Below, one piece after another: positions 19,312 to 28,953 of a stretch of 64,000 nucleotides of DNA. Within the stretch, counting starts at the first letter, position 1, and the number at the start of each line of letters is the position of its first letter. Made by a program: the position numbers and the translations under genes. The DNA comes from Calothrix sp. NIES-2098. Lineage in GTDB: Bacteria > Cyanobacteriota > Cyanobacteriia > Cyanobacteriales > Nostocaceae. The stretch is taken from contig AP018172.1 of NCBI GenBank assembly GCA_002368175.1, positions 157,599 to 221,598 on the forward strand, read 5' to 3'. The notes below the pieces were generated by a model, which saw only the letters and a list, made by a program, of their open reading frames with translations, was not told the DNA's origin and did no database searches.

Positions 19312-22300
19312 CTAAGCAAAATTCACTTGCAGAATTATGTCATTATAATCACTGTCACCTCCAGCAAATAAATCTTCAAAACCAAAAGTGTTATCTCCAA
19401 GTTGACGAATGTGATCTACACCGTCTGGATTCGCCGCCATAAAGGCAAAGTAAGCCATTGCACCTTTGTCGGCGGTATTATGAGGATTTTCTGCTAAGAA
19501 TTTTTCAATGGAACTATCTGCAATAATATAAGGTGCAAGCAGTCCCTCTAATTTGGCAGAATCTTTACCATTGCGATTCAAGTTTACAAGGCTACGTTGT
19601 GCGATCGCCGCTTGAGCATAACCTACATCCCCTGGACGTAAGTTACCAATACTTCCGCTTTCATCATCAACAACATACCATCCAATAGTATTGTTATAAG
19701 CTGCTTCGCTAGCTACTTTAAAACTTGCGTCTAATGTCCCTAAATTTCTGAGATCGATTAGTTCTATCTTGCCTTGTAATCCCGTACCTATAGCAGTAGG
19801 TTTTTCATTTGCAACCTCTACATTCAAGATCAGATCGTTAAAGGCAGTATCGCTACTATTTAAAGTATCTTTCCAAGCTAGGGTAAAAGCTTCGTTCTCT
19901 AAGTTAGAAACCTGTAGAGGTGCAAAACCATTCTGATTTGCAGATGGAATAGCAAATAATATATTTGCAGGAGTTCGTCCGGCTGCTAGGTCAGCTAAAA
20001 TCGTATCTGTAGTGCTATTTTGAACTAAGTAAAATACCAAGCGATCGCTGCTATCAAGGTTGAATTGACGGGTAAAGTCAACTCCTTTCAGAACGTTATT
20101 CGGAAGGGCAGAAAAGATGACTTGAGAACTTTTTAGGGCAGTAGCCAGATAATTGGAATTATCTGGAGTTACTCCCTCGATCGTGCCTCGATCGTCATCA
20201 ACAGTAAAAAATCCAATTTCATTGACAAAATTAGTATTTTGTGAATTAAAACTTAATCGCAATTGTTTGGTTTGTCCAGCTTTCCCTCCTAGGCTAAAAA
20301 CTTGATTTTCGTTAAATTTGGCAATTCCATTAGCTACAGCTTCGTCAACTACAGCCGTATCTAGAATTACAAAATCATTGTTTGCATTGGGATCAAAAGT
20401 TTTGCTGTTAATTTGGCTCCGGCTACTAATGATGCCTGTTGTACTTGGTGCAGTAACAGTAATTTCAACAGTTTTGGTGGCGCTAGTGGCTAAATTACCC
20501 AAATCAAAGGTGAGAGTATCTTCTGATTGATTTACAGGCGTTAAATTTGCTGAAACAAATTTGCTACCTTTGGCTAATGTTTCTGATAGGGTAATACCTT
20601 GAGATTCTATTGAACCGTTGTTAGTAATGGTAATTGTGTAAGTTAGGCGATCGGCAATGTTAACTCGATCGGCACTGGCTATTTTAGTAACTGCTAGATC
20701 GGCTTGTGCTGTGATTTGCACCGGGTTGGGTGCATAAGTAAAAACAGGGGCATGGTTCTCGTCAAAAGACATTGCATAGATATGATAAGTACCTGGAGCA
20801 ACGCCTTGAGTATTCCACTTGAAAGTACCTGTGCCGTCTGCTTCTTTGATGCCACTAGCCATGAGAATGCCATCATATCCTGAAGCATCAGTGTCATAAA
20901 ATAAGCTAATCTGAGCCTCAGAGTCAGGATCGGTTGCGGCGTAGTTGATGACAATTTCTGAAGCATCAGCATTGGCAGTAATATTGGTTACTTGAATAGA
21001 AGGTGCTTCTGAATCGCGGAATGCACTAGCTTGAACATCGCCTAAACCAGTTGCATCGACTACATTAATATCCCAAATACCTGCTTCTGGATTGGCAACT
21101 ACCACGGCACGGGTTTTAGAACTACTGAGATTACTAACTACGGAAATATCACTGCTATTAGCAAAGTCCGATTCTTGAAGAATACTGCCATCGGGCTTCT
21201 TAAGTTTTACCTTGACATTATCTGAAGGGGTATCCCAGTTAGCGTTGAAAATAACCCACTTTGTACCTGGATCTACTCGGAAACTATTAATTTCTTTGAG
21301 GAAATTACCAATTTTGATTTGTGCCCTACCATTTAAGTAAACAGTAAATGCGGCATCTTGTTTACCAATAATGGGGATATCAATTTGACCTGAACTACGG
21401 ATAAAATCATTGGCTAGGTTGTTATCATTAGTGAATTCCACAACTGCCTGAGCTGAGGTCAGTTCTTGTCCGCCCAGATTAATTTTCTTCTTACCCAAAA
21501 CAACAGTATCAACCTCGAAGTCAATTGTCGGAGCCTTGATATTGGCATCTGTTACCAAACCAAAATTGAAGTTAGCATCAGCTTTTAACTTACTCTGAGC
21601 ATTGATAATGTCTCCAATGGAAAGATTAAGATTTGCGTCTAAAAACCGGGAGTTCCAGTTGAGAGTGGCATTACCTTGACCTGTAGCTAAACCTCCTAAG
21701 AGCTTAATATTTCCATTACCTTGAATTTGCTCTTGATTCAGACTACCTATTAAGTCAATATCGAACAATGACCCAGAAAAATTAGCACCACCAGCGAACC
21801 AAGAGGGAACAGAAATATCAATCTTTGGCCCGGCAGTGAAGCCAAGCCCACCAGTAAACTCGATGGGATCTGGGTCTGAAGGAGCAACGTTATTGATTTC
21901 ACCACTGATATGCTGGAGGAACGCTCCAGTTGCACCTATAGGTTTATTGAGTTGGTCAGCTTGCAAGGATAAATAATTAAACTGTCCATTGATAAAACCC
22001 ATCCCACCTCCAATTTCTATCCCCGTGGGAATTAAAAGTAAGCCAGAACCTTTAATTTCATTTTGAATGCTATCTAAGCTTAAACTAGCTCTTTTGACTT
22101 CCCAGATATTAGGAACAATTGGAATATTTTCAACAAATATAGAGCCTACAACATCAACCTTCAGTTGCTCCTTATTATCTCGATCCTTAGCATAAGAAAT
22201 CTTGACAAAGTTATTATTTGTGAAGTCTGCTGTGGCGTTGAATATATCTGGAAGTGTTACTTGACCTTGTAACTTTAAGAAGCGATCGGGTTGCTCAACA

Positions 22301-25300
22301 AAAGTAGCTCCTAAATTATTGGACTTAACTTCTAGAAGGTTCAGCAACTTAAAGTTAACATCGGGTAACTTTACAGAGCCACCTGTATTTTGATTGTCAG
22401 TAATTCCAAGCTCATCAATAATTGGTAAAACTTTTTTACCTATATCCTGACGTGTCTGTTCAACAGTAGAGCGAAACAGTAGAGATGACACTAGAAGCTG
22501 AGTGTCGGGAGAAGAAGAAGTTAAAAGAAATGCACCAATTAAAAAACTAAAAAATTCTGGATCTAAGTATGTGAAATATTCATTATTAAGACTATCTACA
22601 GAACTAAACTTCTGTGAAGTAACATTTGTCGGCTTCAAGAGTTTTGTCTCTGCTTTTAGGGAATCATAGTTAACTTCAGCCGCCAGAATAGGATTTAAGT
22701 GTTTATTCAAGGTGGCACTCTTGACGTAATCTATAAAGCCTGAATACCTAAATAGTTCATACTCACCACTAATATAGTCATCACCTGCAAGGCTAACTAA
22801 ATCTCCAGATACAATGTGATGTTTAACTTTTGCCGCTTTGCTAGGATTAAATTTATTTGCCCATTCCTGAGAAATACCAGGAGAGTTGAATGTGTAAACA
22901 TTGCCAATTACTCCACCTTTGTTAGTGAAGTCAGCAGCAAAAAATTGAGTTAATGCGCCGCCTAAACTATGCCCAACAATATCAGAACTTGGATGTTTAT
23001 TTAACCATTCTTCTACTTGAGTTTGATGAGACTGAAACTGTTGAAAACCAACACCTTCCGGTTCAAGATCTGCAAAAATATCTGCTAAAAAGTTGGCAGT
23101 TGGTTCTGTTCCTCGAAGGGCTAGGATAGGTTTGAGTGTTGGGGAAATTAAACCTAACCCATAAAAGCCATTGCCATTAGGATCTTCAAAGACAGCATCT
23201 ACGCTATAGTCTAACCCTAAAGAATTAAGAGTTGCTCCGACTGACCAAGTTTTATAGGCAATGTCTTTAGCTAAATACTCATAAATTTCTGGCGTTGGTG
23301 ATGTAAGTGTTACATCATTATCAACAATGACTAAATTAGCTATTTTTTGACTACCTAAAGTTGCTCCACCTGTGGGGTTAGTTAAAGTCAGGTTAATTGT
23401 TTCGTTGGTTTCGGCTATGGAATCATCAATAATAGGGATTTGGATGACCTTAGAGTTTGTATCCCCAGCAGCAAAATTAACAGTTATAGGAGAATTATTG
23501 TAATCGTTGGGTGCAATAGCAGTACCATTACTGAGGGTAATTGTCGCACTAACTGAACCATTGCTTCCCCCGGTACGAGTAACTGTGACGCCTACAATAG
23601 CTTGACCATTCTCGTTAATACGAAATTCAGGATTACTAAAGCTTAAAATACCAGAGCTGCTTGCAGAACTAACATCTTGAATTGTTGCTAAACCTTGGTC
23701 GTCAGTAATAGTAACACCAGTATTGCTGGTAGTCAGATTGACAAAGAAAGTCTCATCAGCTTCAGACAAAGAATCTGTTAGTGTCTTAACAGTAATTGTT
23801 TTAGTCTTTTCACCTGAATTAAACGTAAGTGTTCCATTAGTAAACTCATAATCTGCACCAATACTAGCTGTGTTACTAGAAGTAGAATAATAAACTGTGA
23901 TTGGTTGTGGATTATCTCCCTCAACTGTGACAGTAAAAGTTGCTAACTCTCCTTCTATGACGACAGCATCATTTATCGATAAAATACAGTTATTAGATAA
24001 TATTTCGGGAGTTGCTATCGATAGTTCGGCATAGGGAGTAGAGCTATAATTGCCATTACTTGTATTGGTATATAAACGAATAATGGCGTGATTAGCACCA
24101 TCATCACCATTGGCAACCAAATCTAAATCACCATCTTTGTCGTAGTCGCTCCATTCCACAAAAGATGGATTCCAACCAATGGTTGTGTTGTTAATAATTG
24201 GTGTAGAAAACCCATTCCCCAGATTGCGATAGACACCAAAGAAACCGATGACTTTCAACTCTGGAGTCAATGCTGTTCCATTGAAGAGAATATCTAAATC
24301 TCCGTCCTGGTCATAATCTTCTAGAATTGGATTTCCACTACTAAAAGAACTACCTGCTGGAGAAGAAATTGACAGTTCGGCATAGGGAGTAGAGCTATAA
24401 TTGCCATTACCTGTATTGGTATATAAACGAATAATGGCATTATTAGCACCATCATCACCATTGGCAACCAAATCTAAATCGCCATCTTTGTCGTAGTCGC
24501 TCCATTCCACAAAAGATGGATTCCAGCCAATGGTTGTGTTGTTAATAATTGGTGTAGAAAACCCATTCCCCAGATTGCGATAGACACCAAAGAAACCGAT
24601 GACTTTCAACTCTGGAGTCAATGCTGTTCCATTGAAGAGAATATCTAAATCTCCGTCCTGGTCATAATCTTCTAGAATTGGATTTCCACTACTAAAAGAA
24701 CTACCTGCTGGAGAAGAAATTGACAGTTCGGCATAGGGAGTAGAGCTATAATTGCCATTACTTGTATTGGTATATAAACGAATAATGGCGTGATTAGCAC
24801 CATCATCACCATTGGCAACTAAATCTAAGTCACCATCTTTGTCATAGTCGCTCCATTCCACAAAAGATGGATTCCAGCCAATGGTTGTGTTGTTAATAAT
24901 TGGTGTAGAAAACCCATTCCCCAGATTGCGATAGACACCAAAGAAACCGATGACTTTCAACTCTGGAGTCAATGCTGTTCCATTGAAGAGAATATCTAAA
25001 TCTCCGTCCTGGTCATAATCTTCTAGAATTGGATTTCCACTACTAAAAGAACTACCTGCTGGAGAAGAAATTGACAGTTCGGCATAGGGAGTAGAGCTAT
25101 AATTGCCATTACTTGTATTGGTATATAAACGAATAATGGCGTGATTAGCACCATCATCACCATTGGCAACTAAATCTAAGTCACCATCTTTGTCATAGTC
25201 GCTCCATTCCACAAAAGATGGATTCCAGCCAATGGTTGTGTTGTTAATAATTGGTGTAGAAAACCCATTCCCCAGATTGCGATAGACACCAAAGAAACCG

Positions 25301-26715
25301 ATGACTTTCAACTCTGGAGTCAATGCTGTTCCATTGAAGAGAATATCTAAATCTCCGTCCTGGTCATAATCTTCTAGAATTGGATTTCCACTACTAAAAG
25401 AACTACCTGCTGGAGAAGAAATTGACAGTTCGGCATAGGGAGTAGAGCTATAATTGCCATTACTTGTATTGGTATATAAACGAATAATGGCGTGATTAGC
25501 ACCATCATCACCATTGGCAACTAAATCTAAGTCACCATCTTTGTCATAGTCGCTCCATTCCACAAAAGATGGATTCCAGCCAATGGTTGTGTTGTTAATA
25601 ATTGGTGTAGAAAACCCATTCCCCAGATTGCGATAGACACCAAAGAAACCGATGACTTTCAACTCTGGAGTCAATGCTGTTCCATTGAAGAGAATATCTA
25701 AATCTCCGTCCTGGTCATAATCTTCTAGAATTGGATTTCCACTACTAAAAGAACTACCTGCTGGAGAAGAAATTGACAGTTCGGCATAGGGAGTAGAGCT
25801 ATAATTGCCATTACTTGTATTGGTATATAAACGAATGATGGCATTATTAGCACCATCATCACCATTGGCAACCAAATCTAAATCACCATCTTTGTCATAG
25901 TCGCTCCATTCCACAAAAGATGGATTCCAGCCAATGGTTGTGTTGTTAATAATTGGTGTAGAAAACCCATTCCCCAGATTGCGATAGACACCAAAGAAAC
26001 CGATGACTTTCAACTCTGGAGTCAATGCTGTTCCATTGAAGAGAATATCTAAATCTCCGTCCTGGTCATAATCTTCTAGAATTGGATTTCCACTAGTGAA
26101 AGTTGTTGAGCTACCATCTTTCTCAATCTCAACAAATTTTCCGTTCAAAATCACTAAAGATTTATCATCCTCAAGCTTGAGTTGAGATAACTTACTTGCA
26201 CTTAAATCTTGCTGCTGTACCAAGGCTGAAAAAATTGCTCCCTCATCTCCTGGGGAGTCGGTATCATTCATGGAATAATCGACAAAATGACCGTATTCTT
26301 CCAAGAAAACATCTAAAATTGCATCCAAGTTGTGAACATTTGCACGCAGAAACTCTTGCGCTAAATAAATTGTATTTGTCGCGCCTGCAAACGCTCCATT
26401 TGCTCCATTAATTTCTGTTGCAGAGATAATTTCTAGCTTAGGTAAACTAAATACCCCATTTTCCCAAGCATTTTGTAAACCCGCAGCTACTCCTTCCCCG
26501 AATGCGATCGCCATTTTATTGCTAAACTCAGAAGTCTTAGCGAACTCTTGCAGCTTCTCCTGAGCAAGTTGGAGTACGGGTTGCACTACAGACGCCAAAA
26601 GATCGTTCTCCACAGTCAGATGATTTACCGGAATCAGTAAATCCTCAAACGGAGTCTTAGTTGTTGATTGCTCAAAAGCTAATAGATTTTTGTTAAAAGT
26701 CTTGTTGGCTATCAT
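19312..26715 (-). CDS. Giant multidomain extracellular-type protein (2467 aa): FG-GAP tandem repeats, 2x Calx-beta, class-3 lipase, PPC-like, DUF11, DUF4114-like
   Basis: Six near-identical 117-aa units each carry two FG-GAP-like DxDxDGDLD motifs. Two Calx-beta-like domains follow. Lipase_3 motif IVGHSLGGALTQ is encoded at ~22955-22980. A DUF11-like repeat (ADLAVTKIA…TYTITITNNG…) follows. The terminal modules end GFEDLFAGGDSDYNDIILQVNFA, paralogous to the 794-aa protein. Confidence 0.8.
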   Translation of the reverse strand: MIANKTFNKNLLAFEQSTTKTPFEDLLIPVNHLTVENDLLASVVQPVLQLAQEKLQEFAKTSEFSNKMAIAFGEGVAAGLQNAWENGVFSLPKLEIISATEINGANGAFAGATNTIYLAQEFLRANVHNLDAILDVFLEEYGHFVDYSMNDTDSPGDEGAIFSALVQQQDLSASKLSQLKLEDDKSLVILNGKFVEIEKDGSSTTFTSGNPILEDYDQDGDLDILFNGTALTPELKVIGFFGVYRNLGNGFSTPIINNTTIGWNPSFVEWSDYDKDGDLDLVANGDDGANNAIIRLYTNTSNGNYSSTPYAELSISSPAGSSFSSGNPILEDYDQDGDLDILFNGTALTPELKVIGFFGVYRNLGNGFSTPIINNTTIGWNPSFVEWSDYDKDGDLDLVANGDDGANHAIIRLYTNTSNGNYSSTPYAELSISSPAGSSFSSGNPILEDYDQDGDLDILFNGTALTPELKVIGFFGVYRNLGNGFSTPIINNTTIGWNPSFVEWSDYDKDGDLDLVANGDDGANHAIIRLYTNTSNGNYSSTPYAELSISSPAGSSFSSGNPILEDYDQDGDLDILFNGTALTPELKVIGFFGVYRNLGNGFSTPIINNTTIGWNPSFVEWSDYDKDGDLDLVANGDDGANHAIIRLYTNTSNGNYSSTPYAELSISSPAGSSFSSGNPILEDYDQDGDLDILFNGTALTPELKVIGFFGVYRNLGNGFSTPIINNTTIGWNPSFVEWSDYDKDGDLDLVANGDDGANNAIIRLYTNTGNGNYSSTPYAELSISSPAGSSFSSGNPILEDYDQDGDLDILFNGTALTPELKVIGFFGVYRNLGNGFSTPIINNTTIGWNPSFVEWSDYDKDGDLDLVANGDDGANHAIIRLYTNTSNGNYSSTPYAELSIATPEILSNNCILSINDAVVIEGELATFTVTVEGDNPQPITVYYSTSSNTASIGADYEFTNGTLTFNSGEKTKTITVKTLTDSLSEADETFFVNLTTSNTGVTITDDQGLATIQDVSSASSSGILSFSNPEFRINENGQAIVGVTVTRTGGSNGSVSATITLSNGTAIAPNDYNNSPITVNFAAGDTNSKVIQIPIIDDSIAETNETINLTLTNPTGGATLGSQKIANLVIVDNDVTLTSPTPEIYEYLAKDIAYKTWSVGATLNSLGLDYSVDAVFEDPNGNGFYGLGLISPTLKPILALRGTEPTANFLADIFADLEPEGVGFQQFQSHQTQVEEWLNKHPSSDIVGHSLGGALTQFFAADFTNKGGVIGNVYTFNSPGISQEWANKFNPSKAAKVKHHIVSGDLVSLAGDDYISGEYELFRYSGFIDYVKSATLNKHLNPILAAEVNYDSLKAETKLLKPTNVTSQKFSSVDSLNNEYFTYLDPEFFSFLIGAFLLTSSSPDTQLLVSSLLFRSTVEQTRQDIGKKVLPIIDELGITDNQNTGGSVKLPDVNFKLLNLLEVKSNNLGATFVEQPDRFLKLQGQVTLPDIFNATADFTNNNFVKISYAKDRDNKEQLKVDVVGSIFVENIPIVPNIWEVKRASLSLDSIQNEIKGSGLLLIPTGIEIGGGMGFINGQFNYLSLQADQLNKPIGATGAFLQHISGEINNVAPSDPDPIEFTGGLGFTAGPKIDISVPSWFAGGANFSGSLFDIDLIGSLNQEQIQGNGNIKLLGGLATGQGNATLNWNSRFLDANLNLSIGDIINAQSKLKADANFNFGLVTDANIKAPTIDFEVDTVVLGKKKINLGGQELTSAQAVVEFTNDNNLANDFIRSSGQIDIPIIGKQDAAFTVYLNGRAQIKIGNFLKEINSFRVDPGTKWVIFNANWDTPSDNVKVKLKKPDGSILQESDFANSSDISVVSNLSSSKTRAVVVANPEAGIWDINVVDATGLGDVQASAFRDSEAPSIQVTNITANADASEIVINYAATDPDSEAQISLFYDTDASGYDGILMASGIKEADGTGTFKWNTQGVAPGTYHIYAMSFDENHAPVFTYAPNPVQITAQADLAVTKIASADRVNIADRLTYTITITNNGSIESQGITLSETLAKGSKFVSANLTPVNQSEDTLTFDLGNLATSATKTVEITVTAPSTTGIISSRSQINSKTFDPNANNDFVILDTAVVDEAVANGIAKFNENQVFSLGGKAGQTKQLRLSFNSQNTNFVNEIGFFTVDDDRGTIEGVTPDNSNYLATALKSSQVIFSALPNNVLKGVDFTRQFNLDSSDRLVFYLVQNSTTDTILADLAAGRTPANILFAIPSANQNGFAPLQVSNLENEAFTLAWKDTLNSSDTAFNDLILNVEVANEKPTAIGTGLQGKIELIDLRNLGTLDASFKVASEAAYNNTIGWYVVDDESGSIGNLRPGDVGYAQAAIAQRSLVNLNRNGKDSAKLEGLLAPYIIADSSIEKFLAENPHNTADKGAMAYFAFMAANPDGVDHIRQLGDNTFGFEDLFAGGDSDYNDIILQVNFA
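23990..26100. repeat. Tandem array of six ~351-bp units (>95% identical) inside the giant gene
   Basis: The motif gttcggcatagggagtagagc recurs at 24024, 24375, 24726, 25077, 25428 and 25779 (period 351). The last unit runs to ~26100. Units differ at only a few positions (N/H, S/G substitutions in the protein). Confidence 0.85.
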
Positions 26716-27595
26716 ATTGTCACCCTTCTATTGCTGTAGTCGATCGCAAATCAAGTTCTATCTTTTTGCTGGACAGTCTAAAAAATTGGCAGATTAAATC
26801 TGCGATCGCACTTCATAGCGATCGCTAAAAGCATTGCTTCTTTAACGGAAATTGCTGAATTCTCAATACTTAGCCAACAAATCTTGACTTTTTTAGCCCA
26901 TCTCTTCCAAAATTGCCTCAATCTTCTGCATCTATTAGCGAGGTCTTCAAGTGTCTATTTTCCCAACTGTTTATTGTGGAATAAGTAACACATAGACTGA
27001 CCGATCAACAGTTCTGAAGTTAGACTAGCCGACATAGTAATTTTACGGATGAGAAGAGCAAATTTTTGCTTTTTTAGCATTAAGCTTTTCTTGATTTCAG
27101 CTATTAAGTTGTATGCATACTTAATTACGTCAGTATCAAATAATATAACTGACACATGATAACAACAAAACACTTGATTGCCAATATTTAGGCTTTTTGT
27201 GGAAATATTAGATTTTTTATGGTGTTTTACCAGAATAAAAACCATTTTTAGGCAAATTTTTGGTATAAAATTATATAACAGATAAATAAATTAAGATTTT
27301 ATAAAACTTTTGCGAACTTTTATTACGTACTATCAACAATAAAAATTTTTATACTGCTGAGTCATTAAGTAGATTGGATGGTGCTGCTGGGCGATCGCTA
27401 CCTATTGGAAATGCCTGAAACCCTTGTGAAAAGCTAATTACATATTCCGCGCAGCGATAATAGCTGAGAAGGGACAACCAGATAAATCTACCACTAAACG
27501 CAAAATTAGATAAATAAAATCAACCTAAGGATGATTTAGTGCATCAGCAATGCTACTAAACTTGAGTGCAAAACTAATTTTTTATACTTATATAT

Positions 27596-28894
27596 ATGGT
27601 AGATGTTTATATTGTTGACCTGCTAATAGTTGGGCTACTTTTGTTGCTCGTCACATTAGGGTCAGGGTGGATTTCACGATTACCACTTTCCTTTGCGCTC
27701 ATCTATCTAATAGTAGGAATTCTCTTAGGGCCTTATGGCTTTGGGCTGATTCAATTGCGCCGCAATGATGTATTCAATGCAGAGGTTTTAGAGCGTATTG
27801 CCGAATTGGTAGTAATTATTTCTGTGTTTAGCTGTGGGTTAAAAATAGTACGACCTCTCAAATTAGGAATTTGGGATATTACAGCCCGCCTCATAGGATT
27901 TTTAATGCCAATTTCAATTTTTGCCTTGGCTATTGTCGGTAAATTATTTTTAGGCATGGATTGGGGAGCAGCGATTTTATTAGGCGCTATTCTTGCACCA
28001 ACAGACCCAGTTCTAGCATCAGAAGTGCAACTAACCGATACAAACGATCGCGATGAGTTGCGCTTTGGTTTAACTTCCGAAGGAGGTTTGAATGATGCTT
28101 TAGCATTTCCCTTCGTTTATTTTGGTATTTATGCCCTCAAAGATAGCAACTGGAATAATTGGTTGAAAAATTGGTTATTAGTTGATTTAATTTGGGCGAT
28201 CGCTGCTGGTATAGTAATGGGAATTGTTGTAGCCAAGGTAATAGTTTGGCTGGATAAGAAAATCCAAAAGCGTCGTCCTGCCGATGACCTGATGGAAGAT
28301 TTTATCGCTATTAGTATTATTCTTTTGACTTACTCCATCACAGAAATAGTCAATGGCTATGGGTTTTTAGCAGTATTTGTTGCTGGTTTAGTTGCACAAC
28401 GTAGTTACCACAATCCAGACAAATCACTTGCCCAACTAGGATTTATTGAGCGATTGGAAAGATTGCTAGAAGTCGGGACAATTTTGTTATTGGGATCGAT
28501 ATTATTATTGCAGCCAATGCTAAATTATGCGGCTCAATCTTTGTTAGTGATAGTTTTGTTATTCTTCGTTATCCGACCTGTAGGTGTTTGGATTAGTACA
28601 ATCGGCAAACGTCCTCTCAATTCTTATCGTCGAACCTTGAATCCAGTTACACGTTGGTTATTTGGCTGGTTTGGCATTCGTGGTGTTGGCTCTTTATATT
28701 ATCTTGCCTATGCATATGGTAATGGCTTAAAAGGTGAAACTGCCGAGCAAATTGCTTGGATAACTTACACCACGATTGTAGTTTCTGTGATTGTGCATGG
28801 AATTAGCACCACGCCATTAATGAGTTGGTATGAACGAAATACTGCTCGCGATACAAAGCCTCATATTCCTGCCACAATTGATGAATTGGAATAA
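27596..28894 (+). CDS. Na+/H+ antiporter (CPA1/NhaP-type)
   Basis: 432 aa, polytopic, with a Na_H_exchanger-like N-terminus (…LLGPYGFGLIQ…). It follows a ~880-bp AT-rich leader. Confidence 0.7.
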   Translation: MVDVYIVDLLIVGLLLLLVTLGSGWISRLPLSFALIYLIVGILLGPYGFGLIQLRRNDVFNAEVLERIAELVVIISVFSCGLKIVRPLKLGIWDITARLIGFLMPISIFALAIVGKLFLGMDWGAAILLGAILAPTDPVLASEVQLTDTNDRDELRFGLTSEGGLNDALAFPFVYFGIYALKDSNWNNWLKNWLLVDLIWAIAAGIVMGIVVAKVIVWLDKKIQKRRPADDLMEDFIAISIILLTYSITEIVNGYGFLAVFVAGLVAQRSYHNPDKSLAQLGFIERLERLLEVGTILLLGSILLLQPMLNYAAQSLLVIVLLFFVIRPVGVWISTIGKRPLNSYRRTLNPVTRWLFGWFGIRGVGSLYYLAYAYGNGLKGETAEQIAWITYTTIVVSVIVHGISTTPLMSWYERNTARDTKPHIPATIDELE

Positions 28895-28953
28895 TGGGCA
28901 TGGGGCATGCGACATTGGGCATCGGGTATTTTTCCCTTGTCCCACACTCTGAC

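Noticed and set aside
20318-26411. Short ORFs on the + strand inside the giant gene (20318..20530, 26196..26411 and others)
   Set aside because: They are embedded in the 7.4-kb minus-strand ORF, which has coherent domain architecture throughout.
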